Source: Candidatus Atribacteria bacterium 4572_76
Lineage (GTDB): Bacteria; Atribacterota; Phoenicimicrobiia; Phoenicimicrobiales; Phoenicimicrobiaceae
NCBI GenBank assembly: GCA_002084865.1
Contig: NBMG01000012.1
Span: 1-26,517 of the forward strand
Length of the DNA stretch: 26,517 bases
Direction: 5' to 3'
Shown: positions 11,004 to 20,411 of the stretch, one piece after another
Position numbering within the stretch: position 1 is the stretch's first letter
How the letters are laid out: each line of letters opens with the position of its first letter
Translations under genes and position numbers: made by a program
The notes under the pieces: generated by a model
The model's input: the letters and a program-made list of their open reading frames with translations, nothing else
What the model was told of the DNA's origin: nothing
The model's database searches: none

Positions 11004-11525
11004 TTGATTAAAAAAGCTTTATTAATAATTGATATGCTCAATGATTTCATCAGAGAAAATGGAAAATTATATATAGGAAATGATGGCGAAAAAATTATTT
11101 CACCTATTCAAAAGGAACTGGAGAGATTCAGGCAAGGGAAAAAACCTGTATTCTATATCTGCGATTGTCATCGACCGGATGATAAGGAATTTAATCTTTT
11201 TCCTCCACACTGCCTTTCCGAAACTGAGGGAGCAAATATAATCGAAGAGTTAAAGCCATCGAAAGATGATTTTATAATTCACAAAAGAAGATATAGCGGA
11301 TTTTTTCAGACCGATTTAGATATTTCTTTAAGAGAAGAAGGGATTATAGAATTAGAGCTGGTAGGAGTATGTACTAATATCTGTGTTTTGTACACTGCTG
11401 CCAGTGCCAGGATGTTAGACTACAAAGTTACAGTTTTAAAAGATGCTGTGGCTTCCTTTGATCAAGGGGCACATGATTTTGCTTTGAAACAGATGAAAGA
11501 TATTTTAGGTGTTGAAATTAAATAA
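11004..11525 (+). CDS. pncA: Nicotinamidase/isochorismatase-family cysteine hydrolase
   Basis: IIDMLNDF, D.H...D.EF..FPPHC, KRRYSGF and GVCTNIC give the Asp-Lys-Cys triad. The TTG start directly abuts the upstream TAA. Confidence 0.8.
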   Translation: MIKKALLIIDMLNDFIRENGKLYIGNDGEKIISPIQKELERFRQGKKPVFYICDCHRPDDKEFNLFPPHCLSETEGANIIEELKPSKDDFIIHKRRYSGFFQTDLDISLREEGIIELELVGVCTNICVLYTAASARMLDYKVTVLKDAVASFDQGAHDFALKQMKDILGVEIK

Positions 11526-11599
11526 TAAATTCTATCTTAGCGGGGTAATTTGCAGCGGTAATCAAATGGATTAATAGATATGGATTGGAGTTAGAAGTA

Positions 11600-12505
11600 G
11601 TGGTAAAAGAAAAATTAAAAATAGGATTAGCTTTAGGAGGGGGTGGAGCCCGAGGTCTTGCCCACATAGGAGTATTAAAAGTTTTAGAAAGAGAAAATAT
11701 TCCCATTGATTTAATCACCGGCACCTCAATGGGGGCTATTATCGGAGGAGTATATGCCTTAAAAAAAGATATCTCCGCTATAGGAAAAATTGCCGAGAAA
11801 TATTCTAAAATTAGTGAATTTAGTATAGATTTATCTTTTAGCGAAAAAGAAAGAAAAGATAAGCCCCTCTTTCTAAAAAGAATGTCTGATTTTCTGAAAA
11901 GAGGTTATATACTTAATCTTGAACTTAGAAGGCAGTATATTAATGACGGAGAAGGGGTAAAAAAAATTATTAAAGATTTGGTAGACGACAGAGCTTTTAC
12001 AGATACTAAAATTCCTTTTGCTGCAGTAGCTGCAGATTTAGTGAGCGGAAAAAAAGTAATTATAAGAAAAGGAAAATTGTTTGATGCGCTTTTGGCCAGT
12101 ACTTCTATCCCGGGGATGTTTCCTCCGGTAATATTAGATAAGAAAATCTTGGTTGATGGAGGGATAGTCGATGTAGTTCCAATAGAAACAGCTAAGTCGT
12201 TAGGGGCAAATTTTGTTATTGCGGTTAGCGTGAGCCAAACTATTAAAAAGAGAGCTGAATTTAATAATGCCGTAGAAATTCTTTTTCGCTCTGATTCTAT
12301 TACATCTGCCGAATTAAGAAAATTGCAGTTATCTTTTGCTGATGTAGCAATTTCCCCCAAAGTAGGACGTTTTCATTGGTCTGATTTCTCTAAACCCGAA
12401 CAATGCATTCGAGAAGGTGAGATAGCTGCTCAAAACGCTATTTCGGAAATAAAGGAAAAATTAAAGAGGGTGAAACCTTCCTGGTGGAAAAGATTATTTC
12501 AATGA
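11600..12505 (+). CDS. Patatin-like phospholipase
   Basis: GGGGARGLAHIG, GTSMG nucleophile and DGG acid motif. The start is probably GTG 11600 after GGAG (ORF track: 11585). Confidence 0.92.
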   Translation: MVKEKLKIGLALGGGGARGLAHIGVLKVLERENIPIDLITGTSMGAIIGGVYALKKDISAIGKIAEKYSKISEFSIDLSFSEKERKDKPLFLKRMSDFLKRGYILNLELRRQYINDGEGVKKIIKDLVDDRAFTDTKIPFAAVAADLVSGKKVIIRKGKLFDALLASTSIPGMFPPVILDKKILVDGGIVDVVPIETAKSLGANFVIAVSVSQTIKKRAEFNNAVEILFRSDSITSAELRKLQLSFADVAISPKVGRFHWSDFSKPEQCIREGEIAAQNAISEIKEKLKRVKPSWWKRLFQ

Positions 12506-12666
12506 AATTTCTTTATCTTTCTTTTCTTTGGTTTTAGAGTCTGTCTTTTTGGGAATTTCTTTCTTTTCTTGCCCCTCTATTGAGGAAGTGGTTAATCTTT
12601 TCTTTTCCGACTGAATTTTTCAAAAACATTCCCGCATTTTTTACACTTATATTCATATGTTGGCAT
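12494..12666 (-). pseudogene. Disrupted FmdB-family zinc-ribbon gene
   Basis: Hand translation from ATG 12666 (after GGGAG): MPTYEYKCKKCGNVFEKFSRKRKD*. A shifted frame continues QSEKKRLTTSS...KEISLK* to 12494. Only one CxxC is present. Confidence 0.75.
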
Positions 12667-12699
12667 AATTAAGCTCCCATTTTAAATTTCTAATTGTAT

Positions 12700-12727
12700 A
12701 TTTTAAACAAATTTATATTTTTGTCAA
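12700..12727 (-). promoter_or_regulatory. sigma70-type promoter for the zinc-ribbon gene
   Basis: Minus strand TTGACA-N16-TAAAAT, 34 nt upstream of ATG 12666. Confidence 0.5.
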
Positions 12728-12876
12728 GGATTCTTTTGTATTTCTGTATATTTCTTGCGAAAACACGAATCTATTTCCTTTATGTGTTACTGAAAAGCAA
12801 TATTTTATTTTCCTTATCATTAGAAAAAAGGATAATAGGTAGGAGTAAAAAAATAATAAAAAATATATTATAAAAA

Positions 12877-12901
12877 AGGGTTTTCAAAAATTGTGTAGAA
12901 T
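12877..12901 (+). promoter_or_regulatory. sigmaH-like promoter (AGGG-TTT-N11-GTA-GAAT)
   Basis: Fits the Firmicutes SigH consensus RNAGGAWWW-N11/12-RNNGAAT with one mismatch. A near twin lies at 24941-24965. Confidence 0.45.
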
Positions 12902-13025
12902 AATAGTTATAAATTCATTTTTTAGAATTTTTTCATTCCCTTTATACATCTCTATTTAAATAATTTTATATAAAGATAGTAGTGTAGTATAATTTAATAA
13001 AATAAATTAAAAAGGAGAAGTGATT

Positions 13026-14684
13026 ATGAATAACAAATTTAAGGTTTTAGGTCTGATTGTAATCATATTTTTATTGCTTGCTTTTTTTATTAATTTTGCC
13101 TATGGGAATCCTTTATTAGAGGTAATCCCCGAAAAGGTTATCGGAGTTTTGGAACTAAAAGATGCAGAATTAATAGGAAATCTGTCTGAATTAGATTTAG
13201 CAGGCTTTTCACCCAAAGGGAAAGAGGGAAGCGAAATAGAAAATTATAGAATGACCAGAGAAGAGATAAAAGAAGAACTGGGATTTGATGTTTTAGACCC
13301 GTTATTTTTAGAGAATATCTTTTCCCGTGGCGCAATTTTCTCTTGTTTGGGAGTTTCTGTAGGAGGAGTCCCTGAAGTGTTGCTTGCCCTATCTCCTTCT
13401 GACAGTCGTGCTTTTACCAAATTTGTGGGGGCAATTGAGGCGAAAAAGGACTTAGAAGAAGAAGTATCAAATTATAAAGGCATTGATATAGTGAATATAA
13501 TTCTTCCTGAAGAGGCAAGTTTAGAACCCATAGAGTCCATTTCTTACGCCTTTTTGGAGGATACCTTGGTTATTGGAGGGAATTTGTCATCGGTTAAAAA
13601 AGCTATAGAAGTATTTCGGGGAGAGAGAAATTCTCTTCTGGGAAATTCAGAATACCGAAAACAAAAAGTAAAAACCGAAAAGAAAGTAGAGCCTTCAAGT
13701 TTCTTTTTCTGTTTATTTGGCCAAGAACTATACCAGGTATTAGACGAATTAGCCGAAGTGGCTGAGGAAGAAGAATTAACTAAAACTTTACAGGATTCTC
13801 GGGATTCTTTAGAAGATATGGGTACTATAAGTGGAGTTGGCGGTTATCAGGAAAAACAGTTTAAAGCTTATATGATTGCTCAAATAGCGGAAAAATATGT
13901 AGATGTACTTAAAGAAGCAGATATAAATAATCTACAGTCACTCTCTATGTTTCCCAAAAATACTTTCTTCTATCTTGGTGGTGTATTACCTTTTACCTGG
14001 GAAGAGATAAAAGAAGATTACATAAGCGAAGATCTTCTACTTGATTTAGAAAAAAATGTTAAACAAGTTCAGGAAAAAAGTGGAGTTGACCTTGAAAAAA
14101 CTATTTATTCCTGGCCGGCAAAAGAATTTAGTTTAGGATTTTTTGATACTTCCGCAATTTTCCCCAAAGTGGGGTTGATAGCCGGATATTCTTCAGAAGA
14201 AAAACTCATTCAGAATCTTTATCCTACCTTAGAAAATTTTGCTCCCATGATGGGCGGGACGTTAATAGACAATCAATATGAGGGAATAAATTACAAAAGT
14301 CTGCCTAACCCAATGTTTCCCCTGGGATATGGAATTGTAGGGGATAGGTTTGTCTTGTCCAGCGGTATAGCGAATATTATAGATGCTCAAAAAGGAGATA
14401 TGGCCACTTTGGATAAGCTGGAACCTATAAAATATATGCTTTCTTTTCCCAAGGTTTTTTCTTTATTGTATATAGATATGAATTCTGTGAGCGAAATTGT
14501 AGGAAGATTTATGCAAATGGCAGTACAAGAGGTGCCGGAAGGAGCAGAAGAGTCCGAAGAGGCAAAGAGAAAAGAATCTTTAGATGCCGTATTAGAAGGG
14601 TTAAACAGTCTTGAAAATATTTTATTCTGGGCAGGGATTGAAGAAGATTATTCATATTCCTGGTTAGAGATTAATTATAAATAG
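13026..14684 (+). CDS. Exported acidic protein, DUF3352-like
   Basis: N-terminal signal or TM segment, Glu-rich sequence, and repeated '..YKGI.I/Y....' and 'Y..vgD.lVi' modules typical of DUF3352-like proteins. The ATG follows AAGGAG. Confidence 0.6.
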   Translation: MNNKFKVLGLIVIIFLLLAFFINFAYGNPLLEVIPEKVIGVLELKDAELIGNLSELDLAGFSPKGKEGSEIENYRMTREEIKEELGFDVLDPLFLENIFSRGAIFSCLGVSVGGVPEVLLALSPSDSRAFTKFVGAIEAKKDLEEEVSNYKGIDIVNIILPEEASLEPIESISYAFLEDTLVIGGNLSSVKKAIEVFRGERNSLLGNSEYRKQKVKTEKKVEPSSFFFCLFGQELYQVLDELAEVAEEEELTKTLQDSRDSLEDMGTISGVGGYQEKQFKAYMIAQIAEKYVDVLKEADINNLQSLSMFPKNTFFYLGGVLPFTWEEIKEDYISEDLLLDLEKNVKQVQEKSGVDLEKTIYSWPAKEFSLGFFDTSAIFPKVGLIAGYSSEEKLIQNLYPTLENFAPMMGGTLIDNQYEGINYKSLPNPMFPLGYGIVGDRFVLSSGIANIIDAQKGDMATLDKLEPIKYMLSFPKVFSLLYIDMNSVSEIVGRFMQMAVQEVPEGAEESEEAKRKESLDAVLEGLNSLENILFWAGIEEDYSYSWLEINYK

Positions 14685-14842
14685 AAAAATGGAAAGAGGG
14701 CATAAAACAGACTGGATTTTAGAAAATTGGAATTCTTAAGATTTATATGATAACATATAAAAGCTATTTTAAAAATATATTTGAATTAACTGCCTGGGTA
14801 TATTCTGTTAATCTTTTTATGGTTAATTTAAATAAATATCTA

Positions 14843-14937
14843 AAAAAGTTGAAAAAGGCAAACTGACCGAAAGGACAGGACGCAAAGTTATGGGTCTAAG
14901 GCATTTTATGCTATGATCGCCAAACTACCAACTTTTT
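14843..14937 (+). ncRNA. Cyclic di-GMP-I (GEMM) riboswitch
   Basis: GGCAAAC...GAAA tetraloop...GGACGCAAAG...GGUCUAA...; P1 aaaaagttg(14843-51)/caacttttt(14929-37); upstream of a GGDEF/HD-GYP gene. Confidence 0.93.
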
Positions 14938-14959
14938 ATTTGTTTGAGGAGATGAACAA

Positions 14960-17365
14960 ATGGAAGACAGAGATAAAGGTAAAGAAAAATTGCAAAATGA
15001 ATTAATGGAATTGCGTAAGAAGATTGCTCAGTTAGAACAGGTAGAAGCCAGACAAGAACAGACAGAGAAAAAATTAGCAAAATCTGAAGAAATGTACCAT
15101 TTAATTGCTGAAAATACCAGTGATATAATTTCTTTAATCACTTTTAATCTGCACCCGGTTTATACTTATGTTAGTCCTTCCATTAAAATGAACACTGGAT
15201 ACGAACCTGAAGAATTACTCGGTAAATCCCCCTTCGAATTTATCCATCCTGATGATAAAAAGAGATTATTCCCCATATTAAAAAAGTATGTCAATGCTAA
15301 GATAAAAAAATTCTTCACTGGCAAAGAATTGCCTGCTACTCAGAGACTCGATTTTCGCTTTAAAGATAAAGTGGGAAACTGGCGTGATTTCCAAAGCACC
15401 GGAAATGGTGCAGGAAACCAGTTGCTTTTTATTACCAGAGATATCACTGACCAGAAGAAAGCTGAAGAAGACCTAAGCAAAAGCCAACAAGAATTTGCCA
15501 GTCTGTTTAAAAGCAACCCTGAAGCCTTAGTCTATCTGGATGAGAAAGGAACAATATTAGATGCAAATATTCGTTTTTGTAAACTTTTTGGTTATTCTTT
15601 AAAAGAAATTAAAGGAAGAAATATTGATGATGGTATGATTCACACCTTTGATAAGATAAGAGAAGGTAAAAAATTAACTATAAAAGGATTAAAAGGTTAT
15701 CTTAATTATGAAACCATTAGAAAGAAAAAAGACGGGACTTTGTTCCCCGTATCTATATCTGCTACATCGTTGGTAATAGATGGACAAGCAAAAGGAGAGA
15801 TAGGGATATATATAGATATTACCGAGCGAAAACGAAATGAGCAGCTTCAACAAGTTCTGTATAACATCTCCAAAGCTGCTAATTCTCCCATCTCCTTAAA
15901 ACAACTATACAGATCTATTCACAAGGAACTGGGTACCGTCATTGATACTACTAACTTCTATATTGCCCTTGTAGATGAGAAGGAAGATAAGATTTTCTTT
16001 CCTTACCATATCGACGAGAAAGATGATAATTTTCCTATTCTCAACTTTAGTACTTCCAATACTATTACTGCTTATGTTATAAGAACAGGAAAGTCTCTGC
16101 TTAATGATACTAAGCAATATAAGGAAATGGTAGATCAAGGAATATTGACTCCCATGGGCTCTACAACTGATAAATCTATCTGGCTGGGCGTTCCGCTAAA
16201 GATAAAGGACGGGGTAATGGGTGTTATGGCAGTACAAAGCTATACTAATCCAGAGCTTTATCACGAAGAAGACATCAAACTCTTAGAATTCGTCTCCTCT
16301 CAGGTAGCAACTGCCATAGAGCGTAAAAGCTCTGAAGAGAAAATCAAGCACCTAAGCTTCCACGACTCCTTGACCGGTCTTTACAACCGAGCCTACTTTG
16401 AAGAAGAACTGGAAAGGTATAACTTTCCGCGTTACTACCCTTTAAGTGTAGTGATGCTCGATGTCAATGGCTTAAAAGTTATAAATGATACCTTCGGTCA
16501 TTCCGAGGGAGACCGACTTTTACAACATCTCTCCCAGGTGCTTACTTCCGTATCCCGTAAGGGAGACATCCTGGCCCGTATAGGGGGAGATGAGTTTGCC
16601 ATTCTTCTACCCTCTACCACCTCTGAAGAGGCACATAACTTCTGTGAGAGGATCAAACAGGCCTGCCAGCAAGATAAGGTAGAGCCCATCTACTTAAGAC
16701 TGAATATTTCTTTAGGTCATACCACTCAGGAGGGAGAATACAAAGATACCGCTAATCTATTAAAAGAAGCAGATAAGAATATGTATCAGGATAAACTCTT
16801 CAACGGTAAAAGCAGGGAAAAACATTTTTTGGAGGCCTTTCGTATTATCTTAGCTGAACGGGACCCCCATACCTCTGATCATGCCCGGAGGCTTCAGGAA
16901 TTAGCTTTATCTTTAGGTAAAAGAGTGGGACTTACCGAGTACCAGTCAGGAAACTTAAAACTATTAGCTCTCTTACACGATATCGGTAAAATCGGCATCC
17001 CGGACAGTATTCTCTTTAAAACCTTTATCCTAACTTCTTCCGAATGGAAGAAGATGAGGGAACACTCCCGTATAGGATACCGTATGGCTAAAAATATCCC
17101 TGATTTTGCCCCCATCGCCCAGGAGATCCTTTATCATCATGAACGCTGGGACGGTACCGGTTATCCGGAGGGTCTAAAAGGAGAAAAGATTCCTCTCCTT
17201 TCCCGTATCATCTCTATTGTCGATGCCTATGATGTGATGCAGTCTTGTCGCCCTTATAAAGAGCCAGTAAGTAAAGCTGAAGCCCTAAAAGAGATAAAAA
17301 GATGTGCCGGTACCCAGTTTGACCCCCAGCTGGTGGAGATATTCTTGAAGATAGTAAAAACCTGA
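14960..17365 (+). CDS. PAS-PAS-GAF-GGDEF-HD-GYP protein (diguanylate cyclase/phosphodiesterase hybrid)
   Basis: Two PAS (F.IHPDD; RKKKDGTLFPV), GAF (WLGVPL), HDSLTGLYNR, RKGD I-site, GGDEF, LHDIGK, HHERWDGTGYP, DAYD, GTQFDP. Confidence 0.95.
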   Translation: MEDRDKGKEKLQNELMELRKKIAQLEQVEARQEQTEKKLAKSEEMYHLIAENTSDIISLITFNLHPVYTYVSPSIKMNTGYEPEELLGKSPFEFIHPDDKKRLFPILKKYVNAKIKKFFTGKELPATQRLDFRFKDKVGNWRDFQSTGNGAGNQLLFITRDITDQKKAEEDLSKSQQEFASLFKSNPEALVYLDEKGTILDANIRFCKLFGYSLKEIKGRNIDDGMIHTFDKIREGKKLTIKGLKGYLNYETIRKKKDGTLFPVSISATSLVIDGQAKGEIGIYIDITERKRNEQLQQVLYNISKAANSPISLKQLYRSIHKELGTVIDTTNFYIALVDEKEDKIFFPYHIDEKDDNFPILNFSTSNTITAYVIRTGKSLLNDTKQYKEMVDQGILTPMGSTTDKSIWLGVPLKIKDGVMGVMAVQSYTNPELYHEEDIKLLEFVSSQVATAIERKSSEEKIKHLSFHDSLTGLYNRAYFEEELERYNFPRYYPLSVVMLDVNGLKVINDTFGHSEGDRLLQHLSQVLTSVSRKGDILARIGGDEFAILLPSTTSEEAHNFCERIKQACQQDKVEPIYLRLNISLGHTTQEGEYKDTANLLKEADKNMYQDKLFNGKSREKHFLEAFRIILAERDPHTSDHARRLQELALSLGKRVGLTEYQSGNLKLLALLHDIGKIGIPDSILFKTFILTSSEWKKMREHSRIGYRMAKNIPDFAPIAQEILYHHERWDGTGYPEGLKGEKIPLLSRIISIVDAYDVMQSCRPYKEPVSKAEALKEIKRCAGTQFDPQLVEIFLKIVKT

Positions 17366-17459
17366 CAGGGGACGGTTTTGTGGTGCAAAATAAAACATTC
17401 ATTTTTTACTGTGGTAATGTTAGCTATTGCATTTATTAGTAAGGTCTAAATTTTAATTC

Positions 17460-17488
17460 TTGATATTTAAACTCCTCTTTGATATATT
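17460..17488 (+). promoter_or_regulatory. sigma70-type promoter for the TauE-mobB unit
   Basis: TTGATA-N17-TATATT with TG extension at 17480-81. Confidence 0.5.
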
Positions 17489-17590
17489 AATGGGCATAGC
17501 GTACTTTTTAAGATAAATGACCATCTTCGGGATAAGCACAGAAAAAATTTTAAAAGCTACAAAGAATTTATTTAAAGCATAGGAAATAAT

Positions 17591-18385
17591 ATGATAGACT
17601 TAGTCCTTATGTACCTGGCATTTTTTGTTGCGGCAGGTATAAGTTCCATGATTGGTATAGGTGGCGGAGTACTTTATGTCCCCATTTTATTAGCTTTTGG
17701 GTTCCCTTTTTATCAAGCTGCAGCAATTAGTATCTTTATAATAATGGCTCTCTCTATTTCAGCTTCTTTAATATATTATCGAGCTCAATTAATAGATTGG
17801 AAATTAGCTTTAATAATTGAACCATTAACTGCTATTATGTCCCTTATAGGTGGATATTATTCTTCTTTTATTCAAATTAAAGAATTAAAGATATTATTCA
17901 TTTTGGTTCTGATTATTTCCGGATATTTTATGCTAAAACCTATTAAAGAAATTCAAGATAAATTTATTATTAAGAGAAAATGGGGTTTTTGGTTAAGAAA
18001 ATTCGGGGAAGAAGAGTATTCAGTTAATCTCATAATTGGACTTCCCCTTTCTGCTTTGTCCGGTTTGATGGCGGGTTTATTGGGCATTGGGGGAGGAGTA
18101 ATTAAAGTGCCTTTAATGGTGTTGTTGCTGGGAGTCCCTATGAAAGTTGCGGTGGGAACCTCCTGTCTTATGGTAGGGATAACTGCTCTATTCGGTTTTT
18201 GGGGACATTTTTTTGCCGGACATTTTGAACTTAAAACAGCTTTAATTCTGGCTTTAGTAGTTTTTGCCGGAGCTCAAGCCGGTTCTCGAATATCTATAAA
18301 AGTAGATAAAATATTATTGAAAAAAATTTATGCTATATTTCTTTTTCTAATCTCTGCCTGGATGCTGATGAATGTGGTAAAATAA
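17591..18385 (+). CDS. TauE/SafE (TSUP) family sulfur-compound transporter
   Basis: Two GIGGG...VP half-repeats and about 8 TM segments. Confidence 0.9.
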   Translation: MIDLVLMYLAFFVAAGISSMIGIGGGVLYVPILLAFGFPFYQAAAISIFIIMALSISASLIYYRAQLIDWKLALIIEPLTAIMSLIGGYYSSFIQIKELKILFILVLIISGYFMLKPIKEIQDKFIIKRKWGFWLRKFGEEEYSVNLIIGLPLSALSGLMAGLLGIGGGVIKVPLMVLLLGVPMKVAVGTSCLMVGITALFGFWGHFFAGHFELKTALILALVVFAGAQAGSRISIKVDKILLKKIYAIFLFLISAWMLMNVVK

Positions 18386-18407
18386 TTAATAAAAAGAGGT
18401 AATGGTT

Positions 18408-19136
18408 ATGAAAGTTATCGGTATAACCGGATATAAGAAAAGTGGTAAAACTACTTTAGCACTAAAACTATCTGATGAATTAACGAAGAGAGGTTATAAA
18501 GTAGCAATAGTAAAACATATTAACCAAGACCTTGACCTGGCTAATTCTGATACTTCAAAATATAAAGAAGGTCTAACACAAGTAGCAGCAATTACTCCCA
18601 AAGAGTCAGTAATATTTCTAAAGAATAAAAAGAATTTAGAAGAGATTATAAAATATTTTGAAGCCGATATTGCCTTAATAGAAGGTTTTAAAAAGGAAAA
18701 AACTTTTCCCAAAATTGTGTGCTTAAGAGAGGAAAGCGAAAAGGCTGAATTGTTTGATGGATTACAGCTTTGCACAGCCGGCTTTGTTTCCAAAGGGGCA
18801 GACCCGAAGCTTTACGATTTTAATATTTTAAATGATGAGGATATAAAAAAGATAGCAGAAATAGCTATTAACAAATCTTTTAAATTACCCAACCTGAATT
18901 GCGGGGAATGCGGATATCAAGATTGTTACGGGTTAGCTCGGGAAATTGTTAAAGGAAATAAAACTCTCGATGATTGTCTTTCTTTAGAGCCTTTAACTTT
19001 GGTGAAAGTAGATGGGAAGATAGTTTCAATGAATTCCTTTATTGCTAAAATTGTAAAGAATACCATTACCGGCCTTTTGTCTCCTCTGAAAGGTTTTACT
19101 AAAGGAGATATTGAGATAAAGATAAAGCAAAAATAA
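18408..19136 (+). CDS. mobB: Molybdopterin-guanine dinucleotide biosynthesis protein B with C-terminal Fe-S domain
   Basis: P-loop GYKKSGKT, IVKH, IEGFK, then LPNLNCGECGYQDC...C. The start ATG 18408 is 7 nt after AGAGGT. Confidence 0.88.
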   Translation: MKVIGITGYKKSGKTTLALKLSDELTKRGYKVAIVKHINQDLDLANSDTSKYKEGLTQVAAITPKESVIFLKNKKNLEEIIKYFEADIALIEGFKKEKTFPKIVCLREESEKAELFDGLQLCTAGFVSKGADPKLYDFNILNDEDIKKIAEIAINKSFKLPNLNCGECGYQDCYGLAREIVKGNKTLDDCLSLEPLTLVKVDGKIVSMNSFIAKIVKNTITGLLSPLKGFTKGDIEIKIKQK

Positions 19137-19189
19137 ATTTGTATATCGTATATTGTGATTGTAACACAAAAAGTAAACAAAATGGTAAT

Positions 19190-19348
19190 GTAGGGGCACG
19201 ATGCATCGTGCCCACAGGAGAAATTAGTTAATAACATAGTGAGGGCACAATTCATTGTGCCCCTACAACAATAATATGTAGAGGCGTATTGTTATATGCT
19301 TCCGATGATCCATATGAAACCGTAGGATAGGCGTCTCGCCTGTCCTAC
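19190..19348. repeat. REP cluster: doublet 19190-19266, degenerate REP at 19278, palindrome 19322-19348
   Basis: GTAG...CTAC-bounded hairpins; gtaggataggcgtctcgcctgtcctac matches 21335-21357. Confidence 0.85.
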
Positions 19349-19400
19349 TAACGACTATTCACTATTCACTAACGACTATTTTCATGGAGGTAATTCTTAA

Positions 19401-20393
19401 ATGTCAGTAGTATCAATTAAACCAGAAACAAGTAGCGAAGAAGAAACAAAAGAAGAAAAAATATATGATGCCATAATAATCGGAGGCGGGCCTGCCGGTT
19501 TAACTGTAGGTATCTATCTTAGTCGAGCCAGAATGGATACTCTATTAATTGAAAAAGCAATGCCCGGAGGGCAAGCAATCCTTACTGAAATTATTGAAAA
19601 TTATCCTGGCTTTCCCCATGGCATTGCGGGGCCTGAATTAATGCAAAAAATGGAGGAGCAGGCTGTCCGATTTGGCCTTAAGATAGAATATGGGGAAACA
19701 GAAGAAGTTAAAGTAAAAAAAGATAAGGTGAAAATAGTAAAAATTAATAATAAAGAATATAGAACTCTAACTATTATTCTGGCTTCCGGAGCAGAAGCGA
19801 GCAAATTGGAAGTCCCCGGAGAAGAAGAATTAAGAGGGAGAGGAGTTTCTTATTGTGCTACCTGTGATGCCCCTTTTTTTAAGCACCAAAAGATAGTAGT
19901 GGTTGGTGGAGGAGATACAGCAATTGAAGAAGCTTTGTATTTAACTAAGTTTGTTTGGGAAGTAACCATTATTCACCGTCGAGATAGATTAAGAGCAACC
20001 AAGATATTACAGGAAAGGGTTTTTGCTAATAAGAAAATAAATTTTGCCTGGGATTCAGTAGTAACAAAAATATTAGGCAAGGAAAAAGTAGAGGGTGTCT
20101 TGATTCAAAATAAAAAAACAGGAGAGGAAAAGGAAATTCCCTGCCAGGGTGTTTTTGTTTTTGTGGGTAATGTACCCAATTCAAAATTTTTAAACAAGGT
20201 AGTAAAATTAGACCAAAAGGGTTATATTTTTACTGATGATAACATGATGACTTCGCAAGAAGGCATCTACGCCTGCGGAGATGTTAGAAAGAAACTCTTA
20301 AGGCAGGTGGTTACTGCCTGTGGAGAAGGAGCTACCGCTGCCTATGCAGCTCAAAAATATATTGAAGAAATAAAAGGGGTTTCCTATAGATAG
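19401..20393 (+). CDS. trxB: Thioredoxin-disulfide reductase
   Basis: GGGPAG, IENYPGF, GVSYCATCD, GGGDTA.EEA, HRRD, ACGDV, A.GEG..AA. Confidence 0.96.
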   Translation: MSVVSIKPETSSEEETKEEKIYDAIIIGGGPAGLTVGIYLSRARMDTLLIEKAMPGGQAILTEIIENYPGFPHGIAGPELMQKMEEQAVRFGLKIEYGETEEVKVKKDKVKIVKINNKEYRTLTIILASGAEASKLEVPGEEELRGRGVSYCATCDAPFFKHQKIVVVGGGDTAIEEALYLTKFVWEVTIIHRRDRLRATKILQERVFANKKINFAWDSVVTKILGKEKVEGVLIQNKKTGEEKEIPCQGVFVFVGNVPNSKFLNKVVKLDQKGYIFTDDNMMTSQEGIYACGDVRKKLLRQVVTACGEGATAAYAAQKYIEEIKGVSYR

Positions 20394-20411
20394 AAGAAGA
20401 GAGGATAAAAA

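Noticed and set aside
14689-14739. 16-aa ORF MERGHKTDWILENWNS after the DUF3352-like gene
   Set aside because: It has no SD or distinctive composition and is expected by chance.
17365-17400. acaggggacggtt as an IS end
   Set aside because: There is no partner inverted repeat, target duplication or transposase in the window; at most it is a remnant.
17490-17590. Moco/Wco riboswitch ahead of TauE-mobB
   Set aside because: The region is short and AT-rich with only a weak 3-bp stem, and none of the conserved Moco elements were seen.
7465-19266. Identical repeats with different spacers as a possible CRISPR array
   Set aside because: They are isolated inverted doublets 12 kb apart, not a regular direct-repeat array, and there are no cas genes.
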